From Mytilus californianus (lineage: Eukaryota): a stretch of 64,000 bases of DNA. The notes beneath the pieces are model-generated. The model worked only from the letters and a program-made list of their open reading frames with translations, did not search any database and was not told where the DNA came from. The translations under genes were made by a program, and so were the position numbers. Positions 33,131 through 45,200 of the stretch are shown here, piece after piece. The stretch lies in contig NW_026262690.1 of assembly GCF_021869535.1 (NCBI RefSeq), forward strand, positions 94,550,001 to 94,614,000, read 5' to 3'. Every line of letters begins with the position of its first letter. Position 1 is the first letter of the stretch.

Positions 33131-36100
33131 ATGAAACTTATACTCCTCGCTCTCTGCTGTTTGGTCGTCGTATATGCTCAGGAGCCACGTCCATGTGGTA
33201 AGTTAGCAAATTACTTTAAAAATATCGCTTTTTTGCGATATTATTTTTCAATTTAAATAATAACAAATAAAAAATGCATGCAAACTGTATCAAGGTGATT
33301 GTAAGCTCAGTTACATTAAAATGGGATAAATAAAAGGGTCGGCCGATCAAAATTTAACGCTATGAGTACAGGTTCAAATAACTGATTAAGCTATGACTTG
33401 GTATTTTGGTGAGCAGAGAGAGACGAAGAGTAGGATATATTAAAAATTTCGAATATGTATACAAAAAAAAAACACGTACCATTATGAAATTATCTTCATC
33501 GAACAGTTAATTGTCACTTCCTTCTCTTCTCGTTTAATACCAAATCCGGTATATTTTATCGACTTTAACTTTGACTGATAACTATGTAAAGTTTATAAAT
33601 AGAGCGAATATCATGATAATCTATTATAAATAATAATAAATAATACTCATAATTACAACTTTATATTTTCCGATTATTTTTTTTTCTCTCTATGTTACTT
33701 TTTCTTTCCACTATTGCTATAATGAAAAAAAATGAAAATAACACTTTATAAATTATATGCGTCCGAAGTTATAACTATAATGCGTCCGAAGTTCTAACTA
33801 TAATGCGTCCGAAGTTCTAACTATAATGCGTCCGAAGTTCTAACTATAATGCGTCCGAAGTTCTAACTATAATGTGTCCGAAGTTCTAACTATAATGTGT
33901 CCGAAGTTCTAACTATAATGTGTCCGAAGTTCTAACTATAATGCGTCCGAAGTTATAACTATAATGCGTCCGAAGTTCTAACTATAATGCGTCCGAAGTT
34001 CTAACTATAATGCGTCCGAAGTTCTAACTATAATGTGTCCGAAGTTCTAACTATAATGTGTCCGAAGTTCTAACTATAATGCGTGTGGTGTTAGAGAACG
34101 TTGAGCAACAACTATAAAGTTCTAACTATAATGCGTGTGATATTAGTGTTCGCTGAGCAACAACTATATTTTTTTCGAGCTAATCAGAAAAACTTAAATT
34201 AAACATTTCAGCGAAGTAATTTAAGCATAGATTCATAGTACACCATTCGAAAGGTTACTGAAAATTTGATTCTTCGTAAAAGAAAATACGTTTTATAAAA
34301 GTTCATTACTAAGTTGGGACCAAACCTTCTCAAAACCAACTGCGGATCTGACTGTAGTACTCCCGTTACCAGAAAACCGTTTATATACATATAATAAAGA
34401 AGTATGTATCTTGCAAACGAATAAATTTTGCTTAACATGTCAACATTTATCCACAATCATGTTATCAAATGTGAATTTCGATTTAACATTTTGAAAATAT
34501 TCTTGCATTTTAGAATCTCCAAAGCAATGGGAAGGAAGGTTCCTTAGAGTAAGTAATAGTTTGTTCTTCTTTCAAATTCATTCATTTTTCTACAGAAGCA
34601 TGGCACGGTAGGTAAAGCGAACGAACACCATTCGAAACATAATGAAAACATACTTTAAAAGAATGAGATTTTTTAAAATCTATTTACTGCATGGATATAG
34701 TTGATCATAGTTGACCACATAATATATTTATTTATATTTATTTACATAAACAAAAATATTTGAGACATAACTAAAAAAAATAATTTAGTATTTGGATGAT
34801 ACCGTGATAGATACTTTAATTTCTTGGCAAACACACCAAAAAAAATAACAGTAATAAACATTGTGTACTATTCGTGATGAAATTGATACACTGACCACTA
34901 GTACGTAAATATAAGCTAGAGCAAACACTAAAAACTACTCCCGCATTCAACAGTTTATGTCTATCATTACAGATTAAACAATTTGAATTGGGGTTTACAA
35001 TTAGAATAAATGGGAACGATGCAAGAATTCTAATTTCTATAGACTGATCATTCATTAAAACTTAGTTCTGCACTAAAAGGTCGACGACAATATCTTCTGG
35101 AGCTTAAAATAGGCAACACTGTTTGGCTATGATGTGTTGATTAAGAGACTGAAAAAAGCAGAAAAAACGTGCGATTTAGTTATCCTTTTAGCTTTAGTGT
35201 TGTGTTTATCAAGAAGCTATTAACACTTCAATTTATATTTTTGCAGGCCGACAGAACAAAAATGTTCGGTGAATTAGCTAAACTGAGCTATGACGAAACT
35301 AACAGAAGAGCCAGAGAAATCGAGGAAGTTCAAATTGGTCAAGACAGGGAATATTATGATGTTCTTTATCTCCATAACATTGTAAGTGTTTATTTAGTTT
35401 TTTTTTCTTGTTCAGGTGAAAGGTCATAAATATGATTTACAACCAATACGATAAAAAGTTCATAATTCTATTACTAAGCACAAGTGTAATCAAAATTAAG
35501 AGTACACAAACTTGTGTTCAAAAAACGAAAACAACACGTTATAAATTTCATGCGTCCGAAGCGCTATTCTGGATATCAAAGTTGCACAAGGAAACGGGAA
35601 TAGTTGATATCTAGGGTGTGCAATTAAATCGAAAAACAACCAGCTCGACTAAGAAAGTCAACAAGGATGAATGAAACCCTGTAAACCTCATGATCAAAAT
35701 ATATCGACTTCCGGTAAGACCCGGAGACAATCTGTTTACAGTTAGAAATGCTAGATGTTGAACAATAAGTACCACTTTATTACAAAATCGCTTGAATGTT
35801 GATTAACATTGGAACCTTATTTTGATTAAAAACTTCTATTGAACATTCCTAAGTTGGATCCTTAGTATTTGGCTATTATTTTTTAAATTCTTTTTGGTCA
35901 TATAGCCCTTCACTTGTTTCGCTTCTTATACATTCTTGGCTTTGGGCGTTCCTGATGATGGTTAATCCAGAAAAGCGCTTTGGACGCATTTTTAAAGTGT
36001 TGTTTTCATTTTTTTCCACAATGTCTTCGATCTATCATCAAAACATAGAGTTAAAGTTATATTTTTATACATACAGGGAAAAGAATATAGATTGAACCTG

Positions 36101-37373
36101 AAAACAAGAAAGTGTAATGTAACAAACCTATTTAGACCATTCAGACCATATGGAGTACCCCCAAATGCCCAATTTGACGGATCTGCTACCATTGGCGCCG
36201 CTGGTGTTCCAGGAGAATCTATTGTTGTCGAGAACTGGTCTCTTACTGACGGAGACGACAAATTCTACGGAATGGTTTCATCTCCAGACTGTGTTCCAAT
36301 TGAATATGCCTTCTACTCACAAGAGTCCAGCTTAATCACTACAACGTAAGTGCTTTTAAAAAATGATTTGCAGGATATTCAGATATATGTTGCTCTTTTA
36401 TGAAATTGATAAAATATTCATTCAGTTGCATTCCTTAAAAAAAAAATCATACTTCCCACTGTTGTCCTTCTTTTTCCCAGACCCCAGCTTAATCACTACA
36501 ACGTAAGTGCTTTTAAAAAATGATTTGCAGGATATTCAGATATATGTTGCTCTTTTATGAAATTGATAAAATATTCATTCAGTTGCATTCCTTAAAAAAA
36601 AAATCATACTTCCCACTGTTGTCCTTCTTTTTCCCAGACCCCCCAATTTTTACTCCCTTTTTGCCACATCCCCAATTTTTCACCTACTGTATCTTACATC
36701 CTCGCGTTTTCATCCCCTATATCCTACATCTCAGATACTAAACTTTAATATTTCTTTCATTAAAATTTAGAGAAGCAATGTTTTAATGGATATTAAAAAG
36801 TAAAATAACAAAAATATCGAACTCAAATGAAAATTATAAACGGAAAGTCCGTTATCAAATGGCAAAATCAAAAGCTCAAACACCAAACACATCAAACGAA
36901 TGGAAAACAACTGTTATATTCCCAACTTGGTACAGACATTTCCTTGTGTAGAAAATGGTGGATTAAATCTGGTTTTTATCAAATGATATTAGATTTAAAC
37001 TATACTTTATCTTGGAATACAAAGAAAACTATGTTTGTTGTATTCAACAGATAAATGGTTCGATATAACATTTGAGCGACTTGAAACGTTTTTGATTTCA
37101 TAATCATATAAAACATAAATACTCCTCAGGACCTAATAAGAACAAAAGACAGGAGTGTGATTATATTTTCATGAGAGAATTTACTAAGTTTTCATAAATT
37201 TGATATCAAAATAAACATACATTTTGTTTTAAAATATTGTTATTTTACTTATAAATATACGCAACCAATTAATTTTACTCCTGCTTGTTTCTTTTTACAG
37301 ATTCTTTGACATCAACGTTGGAATCACAGATCCAAATGTTTTTATTCCACCTTCAGAGTGCATGATGTTATAA
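33131..37373 (+). CDS. EPDR: Ependymin-related protein B, 192 aa; exons 33131-33197, 34514-34548, 35247-35381, 36077-36345, 37301-37373
   Basis: GT-AG exons in phase (67+35+135+269+73=579 nt). MKLILLALCCLVVVYA-QEPRPC-ESPKQWEGR, SYDETNRR, KCNVT, SSPDCVP, FIPPSEC. AATAAA at 37380-85. Closest to paralogue A. Confidence 0.92.
33758..34079. repeat. 23-bp minisatellite, 14 units, in EPDR-B intron 1
   Basis: Unit TGCGTCCGAAGTTCTAACTATAA. Variant order is A BBBB CCC A BBB CC (A = GTTATA variant, C = TGTGTCC variant). Confidence 0.95.
35946..35987 (+). ncRNA. Minimal type I hammerhead ribozyme (family 2), sense in EPDR-B intron 3
   Basis: Stem I GCGTTC/GGACGC (6 bp), CTGATGA (35952-58), stem II TGG/CCA with loop TTAAT, GAAA (35970-73) and palindrome AGCGCT. 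The cleavage triplet is TTT; other copies have TTC. Confidence 0.75.
36327..36640 (+). repeat. 157-bp direct duplication of the EPDR-B exon 4 end, donor and intron start
   Basis: CCAGCTTAATCACTACAAC|GTAAGTGC...TTCCCAGACC occurs at 36327 and 36484, essentially identical. Confidence 0.9.
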
Positions 37374-37689
37374 TTTGAAAATAAAACATTTAAAATATAA
37401 TAAGTTAACCTCCATTGTTTTGTCAACAGTTTAAAACACATAAACTAATTAGTCGTTGATGGATTTTAGTATGGGCAAGACTACACAAAACTTCTGGAAA
37501 TACATCTCAGCACTAATCATTTAATTTGCTGTAATCTAAAAACCATATATGTAATAACACAACATTTTTTTCAACTGAAAATATAGTCAGATATTACATC
37601 TTTATTCATGGGTTCATGGTATCAAGAGAAAAAGAAAACGTAAATAACGATCCACAGAAGAAACGTATTTACTTATAAGCCGTTATTCT

Positions 37690-37815
37690 TCAGTTTTCTT
37701 ACCGAAGGCCAGTGGTTCTATCCGGGCACTCCGGATTCCTCCACTAATAAAAACTGCTCGCTGCGAAATAGCAAAATAGTGCTAAAATTGGCGTTAAACA
37801 CCAATCAATAAATCA
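37690..37815 (+). mobile_element. 3' half of a V-domain SINE
   Basis: GTGGTTCTATCCGGGCACTCCGGATTCCTCCAC matches the V-SINE core (TCCGGGTRCTCCGGTTTCCTCC), followed by TGGCGTTAAACACCAATCAAT. Same family as 5212-5420. Confidence 0.65.
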
Positions 37816-38042
37816 ATTAATCTACAGTCCATCAAAACAAACTGCATGAATATTATTGGTTACTTGGAGGTATATTACTATATTATTATACCACATGTCG
37901 GTAGAAGTTTTGATATCTTAAGTATGTAATTGGTCTCAACACTTGATTGCTGTTTGCTTTATATGGCAGGAATATGGAATCGTACAATGTAGGATATATA
38001 TGTATATAGCAGGAGACGCTTACCATGTCGATGACCCTTTAA

Positions 38043-38431
38043 GGATATACTTAAGTGAAATTAAAAAAATCTAGAATTTAAACTTGATATTATAAGTAAG
38101 AAGAGCATTAGTTAAGGACCAAAATAAGCTTAAAATATTGATAGGTTATGGAGCTCGTTTTCGAGATATTTTATTTTTTTTAAATGGCGGGAAAAGGATG
38201 ACTCGGACTTTTACCTTATATTTGCATTGGTATTATTTGGGTCTCAAATCGAAAGAAAAGAAATCTAGAGTTTGCTTAAATTTTGGTAAATGACCTTTTA
38301 TGAGCTATTGGGGTCTTATATGAAAAGAAAATGGGTGTTATGGGTCAAAATATTTTGCCCTGTATCGTAAGAAAAAAACCAAGGAGTCCGAACATCTGAT
38401 AAAAATTCCTAAACCTGACCTAAGTACATCC
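38043..38431. mobile_element. Non-autonomous Kolobok-like DNA transposon (389 bp), nested in a PLE family 3 tail
   Basis: TTAA TSD at 38039-42 and 38432-35. TIRs GGATATACTTAAG / CCTAAGTACATCC match 11/13 and start with GG. The interrupted PLE tail resumes immediately after the 3' TSD. Confidence 0.7.
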
Positions 38432-38572
38432 TTAAGAGTAAATGCGATTCCATCAGTTTTTTGTTTGTCTGTTAACTTTATTCGTATCTGTTTAACTGAT
38501 GTACGAGATTTGAACACCGGTAAACTACGGTAGCTTAAACCTATTACCATCAGAACATTTAATAAATTAAGA

Positions 38573-38613
38573 GGGTCCGAAGCGTTTTTCTGAATTTATC
38601 CATCATCAGGAAG
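38573..38613 (-). ncRNA. Degenerate family 2 hammerhead
   Basis: CTGATGA-TGGA-TAAA-TTCA-GAAA-AACGCT-TC-GGACCC. Core and stem II are intact; the palindrome and stem I have decayed. Confidence 0.55.
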
Positions 38614-38921
38614 AACATGCCAACCAAAAAAAAAAAAATAAAAAAATTGAACGCCAACGATGTATAAATTCGTGTATACTTGATGAGCTTTGAGATCAAA
38701 AGGAACATAAAATAATAGCCAAATACACATAAGGTAAAACTTTACCTGAGGGAGCTGTAACCTTAGTTTCTTACTATGACTGTCTATAAGTAGATGATCT
38801 TGTCTGATTTGATGTTTCCATACGTGGTCGTGTGCTACTCTGAGAGACTGGTATACTAGTATTACTTTCATATTCTGACGATTTCCTCAAATGTCATCAT
38901 CTTTTAAAACCAAACAACCTT

Positions 38922-38924
<3 letters not shown>

Positions 38925-38978
<54 letters not shown>
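38925..38978. repeat. (AT)27 microsatellite
   Basis: Perfect dinucleotide run; a shorter one lies at about 46577-46614. Confidence 0.95.
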
Positions 38979-38981
<3 letters not shown>

Positions 38982-39469
38982 ACGGTTTCTGTTAAGTCAT
39001 CGCCATTAACTACAATTTCATGGATCCTTATGTGCCCTTTTTTCATAGTTTTTGTTTCACATTTTCATATTATCTAAGCTTATATGATAGTTGAAATCTT
39101 TAAAAACAAAAGAAAAATGAACACACACAGAGCAGGAGTGAGGGACATATTGTGAACCGTAAAACCACCTGATATCAAATGTATTCACACATAAATAATC
39201 GTTTGGATGGTTAAACCTGCGCACGTTAAACCATCGTATTCATTAGCTGTAGCGGATTTGAGTGTTTGACCGAGTACTGTTACCTTGTTGTCAAGAGACG
39301 GATAAATATGTATTAGATCGAAATCGTAAATCAGAGAGCTACTGAACAATAATTTTAAAACGTTTAAATTGTTATCTGCTGACTCCAAATCTGGTTCATG
39401 GCGCCAATCGGCGTATGATATCGGAGATTTCACACCAACAAATGTTCCGGACTAACAGTTAATAGAAAC

Positions 39470-39830
39470 TAAACATTAAGTTTAATATTTTGGTGAAACA
39501 TATTTCCCTGTAATAGAGAGGCGACAGATAGCAAATGGATACCGAATTCAAACTCATAAGTCGAAAACAAACTGACAATGCCATGGCAAAATAACAAAAA
39601 ACGGCAAAAAGACAAACACCAGTACACAAAAAATAACATAGAAACTAAAGTATGAGCAGCTGATTTCATGTGCTTTGGAAGGGTAAGCAGATCCATCTCT
39701 ACGTGTGGCACCCATCGTGTTACTCGTTCAAGTACAAACCCGGCAATAAGTCTAATTCGATAGGTCACATTCGAGTAACATAGGACGGGGTTGTGGTTAC
39801 AACAATTGCAACATATTCGTCGTCATCTGT
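39470..39830 (-). mobile_element. 3' UTR/tail of PLE family 1
   Basis: Minus strand GGGTGCCACACG..GGATCTGCTTACCCTTCC..GCACATG and a T-rich tail; homologous to 23300-23571. Confidence 0.7.
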
Positions 39831-42134
39831 GAAACAAATATTTCATAACTTGGGCCAACGTCTAAATTTATGCTATTACAACTGTTAAATCATATTTGAA
39901 CAACAATTTCAAGAAATAGTTCTTTTAAAAATAATAAATGAGTGTTTTTTAAACTCATTTCATATAGGTTCTATTTCGAACTGAAGTTTTATTTCCCTTG
40001 AACAAATTTATATTTGTTATAATGAGATATCGAATGAATATAAACTGTTGCTTTGGTTCCATTACAGTAGGACAAAATTTGATTTTGATATTAAATTGCA
40101 AATGTATCATATTTTGTATTTTGAAGTTTATTTTTTAATATATTAATACATTACCGCTGAATTCATTTTATTTGACTTGTTTTTTTCGGAGTTGAAAATT
40201 TCTGTTATTTAAGTGTTATATGAATTGGGAGGCAGAAGGATATCTCTCTTTCTCTGAAGTTTTCTTACGCTATTTCCATACAAATCTTCTTTCTGAACAG
40301 GGAGACTCCGTATATATCTATAATCGATCTTAGCGCCAATCCATGAAGCATTTTAGGATGACAATTATATCACAATGTACTGCTTGAAATACATAGATTC
40401 TCCGTTTGGTGTAAGGGGAAATGCTACGGAACAGTTTTATCAATGTATATACACCCTCACTGTAGAGCTTTGGAAAGCTTTAAAAGTTTAAGAGGCATAT
40501 TGATTTTGGACTGCTCTTATTAGTATTCAGTTGAACTCAAAGTCCATATCAAGACATTCAAATAGAATATTGTTAATGTTTAATTCGACTTTTAGATGAT
40601 CGTTGAAAGTTTGCCAGATTTGAGTTCTCTGATGTCATGGATGTGTGTATTAAGAACGATAACGTAAAAAAACTTATGTCAGCGTTTTCATCGTCTGCAA
40701 TATTGGTCGTAGCATTAATCTGTGAGATTGCACATAAAAAGATCGCTTATCAAACTACTGCATTTTTGCTATTAATGGTGCATGTAAAATATAAGTTACT
40801 GTAACTCTTGTTCCAGTCGAAAAACAAAGTAACTCTTTCGATCCTATTTCTTTGGTGTGGGAGTTTTTGAGCGTATACTTAAAATACTGTAGTAAAAAGA
40901 TTTTCTAATATTATAGGAAATGTTATTCAAAAGATTCCCAGAAGATCGAATAATAACATAGATTATAATTGTTGCCTTGGTTGACGATTCTGTGGCAATA
41001 GTTCCCGAAGGAACTCGGGATCATCACCATTAATAATTCTATATAACAAAGATATTTACAACCCATATCTTTCTCAGTCACTTTCAAAATACCAGATCCG
41101 AGTCCCAGAAACAGCAATAGAACAACTACCACAAACTTCCCAACAGCAATCTAAGAGGGGTGTGACATGTAAAAGATGAAGATTGTCTAGGTATTTTTAA
41201 CCGGATTTTTCTATTGGAAACCCAATAGGAAAATCTGGTAATTAATTTGGAGTGATACGACGGATGGTCGAACGGGCGGCCCCATCAACATTCCTTAAAT
41301 TAAGAACCGTTTGACCAAGGCATATTGCACATGAAGATCTTTCGATATTGTTTAGTGAAAAGCACAGGTTTCAATCTCAATTTCTAATTTCAATCAATTG
41401 TTCTGGTAAAAAATGAATGAAAAATAGACAATGTTTCAGTTGATAAAGGCTTTTTATTTGATCTCTTACGACGTGTAAACTACTTGGTACAAAACTTCAT
41501 AGTTGCGATTATTCGAAGAATAACGAATACATTATAATTTAATTTCTTATGGCCTGCTTGATATTCATACAGGGAGATGCAGCTGATATAAAGTCTATAC
41601 TATATGTATTATGGGGACAAAATATGAACTTCCAAAAAACACCAGAGGTCATCTTTTTTTCTAAACTAATCAGAATCTGAAGTCTTGAAATCATTACATT
41701 TTATTTCAACCAATAATTTAAAGAAATATATGTACATTTGTCAAATAACATGTATAATCTTAAAATGTTCCACTTTTGAGAAATTGAATCAAAAAGAAAA
41801 AACACACAGAGCGCAATCGACAACAGTTCTAACTGTTTTTTATACACGTAAACATCTTTTATTTTACTCTTTTTTTTTACAATGAAATGACTAGAGATTC
41901 TGATTGTTTTAGATCTTACAGTCATTCCTCTTTAAATGTGTAAATGTTTCAAAAATTAAAAGATAAATGTCGTAAAATGAGTAGTTTTTAATCTCAACTT
42001 GAAGATTGTTCGGCAAAATTCAGAACGTTATGATGATAATAACTTGTTGTTGAAAGATACAATTTTGCCTGTGGACCAAAATATTTGAAGGCCACGGTTA
42101 GTACTTGGTTTTCAATCGGGTACTAGGGATGCTT

Positions 42135-42170
42135 GAGATAAGATAAAAAGTTCGCCAGGTCATATAAAAG
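42135..42170 (+). promoter_or_regulatory. EPDR-C promoter: GAGATAAGATAA, AGGTCA, TATAAAA
   Basis: GATA pair at 42135-46, AGGTCA at 42157-62 and TATAAAA at 42163-69. Same order as in EPDR-B. Confidence 0.6.
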
Positions 42171-42207
42171 TATATTGGGGAATGACCGACTTGTGACAGC
42201 CATCATC

Positions 42208-45200
42208 ATGAAACTTTTCGTAGCTCTTTGTTGTTTTGTTCTTGCACAGGCCCAGATTCCAACGCCATGTGGTAAGTTTGATATGCATATATATGAAAAT
42301 GACTAAATGTTTCTTTTATTTTTTATATTGAATCTATAGATAGGATTTATCGATTATAATATGGAAACAGTCTTTACGTCAGTTATAGATAATAATATGA
42401 CAAGTAGAAAATGTGAGATATACTAAATTGTATATATATAAAGCCTTGCCTTTTGAACGTATCAAATTTGGTATTTTTGCTTTGATAAAGCAATATAGCT
42501 TTATACGATATTTCATGATTCTGTTCTAAAAACAAGATGGCTTTAAAATGGAAATCCATGCACCTATAATTAACATATGTAGAGCATGAAAAACAAAATT
42601 TATAAAATCCGTGGAACGCTTCAGAGATGCATAGCCGCCCCATCCCTCTAACGCTGGAAATATCTGAAATGAGTTGAATATATAACTTAAGACGCAATGC
42701 ATTTGATTGTGAATACCCTAAAATGCGATAACCCTTTATATTTTTTTATGCAAAATGTGCTTCTTGTCTTACAACTATTTTTGAACCCCACTAATATATG
42801 TCTTTCGCTGTCTATGCTACGGACGCATAAACTTGAAAAGATAAGAAGAATACCAAAGCGTCTTTATCACAAGAAACCAACATGTGTAGATTCAATAGAT
42901 TTTACGAGATCAAGACAACTACACAAAAAATGGAGACCATAACTTCTCGTATAACTGAAAAAAGGTTAACCATTTACCTTAATGTTAACACCTGTTAATA
43001 CTGATGCAATGCAACCTCTCGTTGCATTAGGTGCTTCAAATGGGTAAATAACTCATCGAACAATTTTTGAAAACGTGTATCTTTATCACACCCTTTTGGA
43101 TCTTTTTTTTTCATGCCAAAAAATTTGAATCAAAAATGCATAAAGAAAACCTCAATTTCCTTCAGTGTTAAAGCAAACAAATAATAATTAAAAATTTATG
43201 AACTATGAGTCATGAAGTACCAACGAAAAGGGAAAACATCACGATTTACTGCATGAAAACACTAGTGTTCTGTGAAATATATAGTGCCAATTCACACTTT
43301 TTATTTTACAGTCACACCTCATAAAGGTCACCTTATGAGCTAAAAGCTGTATTATCAGGTCACCCTCTCCTTGTCATGATGTAGCAATACCTATACATTT
43401 TGAACCTTATTCAAAGGTCATTTCACATTTTGGTAAATTTTCTTTGATCCCAAGGGCTAACTTTACATACAGGTTTTACTGAAGTGTCTCTTATCGAAAA
43501 CAACTGTGAATGAAGTTTACAATTTTTCTTTTAACTACTCTAGATCTAGAACATTTTAAATTGGCTACTGTCGATGAAAACTCTATCCATAAGTGTGTTG
43601 TTAATATGTACTAACCTCAATATTTGAATTGTGTAATCATCAAATCTCATTTTGACCTTAAATAACATTGTTGACGGGATATGAAATCCGTCATCCCGAA
43701 GTAAATACTCAAGTAGAGAGGAGATCACATATTTTTATTTCGGATCAAAATAATAAAACTAATATAGATTGATAAATGTTTGTTCGTATATAAAGGAATA
43801 CAGTAGATTATGGCTACAGTAGTTTACTGATGTTCAGATCTATTAAAACGATTGGGAAGAGACAACTCGAGATAACAAACAATAACTTACCTTATGGAAT
43901 TGCATGAAAGGAGCGAGAGCGGGTACGTCGACAGGGTAAGCGTCTCCCGCTATGCAGGCACTGCCCAACATGCGAATTCACATTTAAACGGAAGTAGCAG
44001 GTCCCTTTCAAGTTGAATTCTTCTGTTTGTATTCTTTTTTGTTTCGGTCTCCCTATAATTTTGATCTCTGACAAAGGTCATTGTACGATCTGGAACTAAA
44101 GGATTGCACAATAGCAATTAAAAGAATAAAAACGATTAGAATAAACAAGAAAAAGAATACGTTTTACATAACATAAAATATGTTACATTATACACCTTCT
44201 GACAAAAATTATATATCTTAAATTCCAGAGTCACCAAAGCAATGGGAAGGCAACATTCTTCGCGTAAGTTATCAATTGATAATTAAGTACTTATAAACCA
44301 TTCAATTGCTATTACAATTAAACCAAACGTTTAAAAAGCCTAGATATCTATGCGAATACAGTTGCTGAGTCAAGTCAGAAAATGAAACAAAGGCATCTTT
44401 GTGAGACACCATAGACGTGTGACTTAGATACCAATGAATTATATTGGTCTTTTTTTTTTATTAAAAGAAACACCATTTTATAAGATATCACAATTTGCGC
44501 AATACTAAAAATCATTTAGCATGTGATCGTGAAAGTCCTTTATCTCACGTTTTTATATTTTTATATAATTTTATAATATTTCAATCTTCTCTCTTTATAA
44601 TCTTCATTAACAAAATGTGAATAAAAGTCAGTACATGAAAAACACATAATTATATAACAATCTGACAAAAGATAACCGATTCCGCCCCCCCCCCCTACCA
44701 CCCCCCCCCCCCCCAAAAAAAAAAATACCACCAAAAACACTAGTACAAAAACAAACTATATACACAGTACAGTATCAAAGAATGCTTGTAGCTACTGAAA
44801 GAAAGCTCAGAAAACATAACCTGCTTAAATAAAATCATGTCGCCCTTCGACAAAATATCGACGTAGTATAAAACAACGTCATAAGCAGTATAGAAAGACA
44901 TGCCCCTCCCCCACTCCCCCGTGTAATGTAAGAACATACCAACATAAACACCTATGCAGAAAAATCAAAGAAACATCTAAGTAAAATTGAGAATGGAAAC
45001 GGGGAATGTGTCGAAGGGACAACAACCCGATCAAAGAACAGAAAACAGCCCAAGGCAACCAATGGGTCTTCAACTCAACGGGAAAATCTCGCACCCGGAG
45101 GCAGGCTTCAGCTGGCCCCTAAATAAAAATGTGTACTAGTTCAGAGGAAATGGACGTCACACTAAACTCCGAAACATGTAGATGAACCAAAAAATAAAAA

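Noticed and set aside
33758-34079. CRISPR-like array
   Set aside because: Units are contiguous with no unique spacers, there are no cas genes, and the context is eukaryotic.
40200-41160. Moderately GC-richer segments with short open frames
   Set aside because: No motif, splice pattern or repeat copy in the window supports any call.
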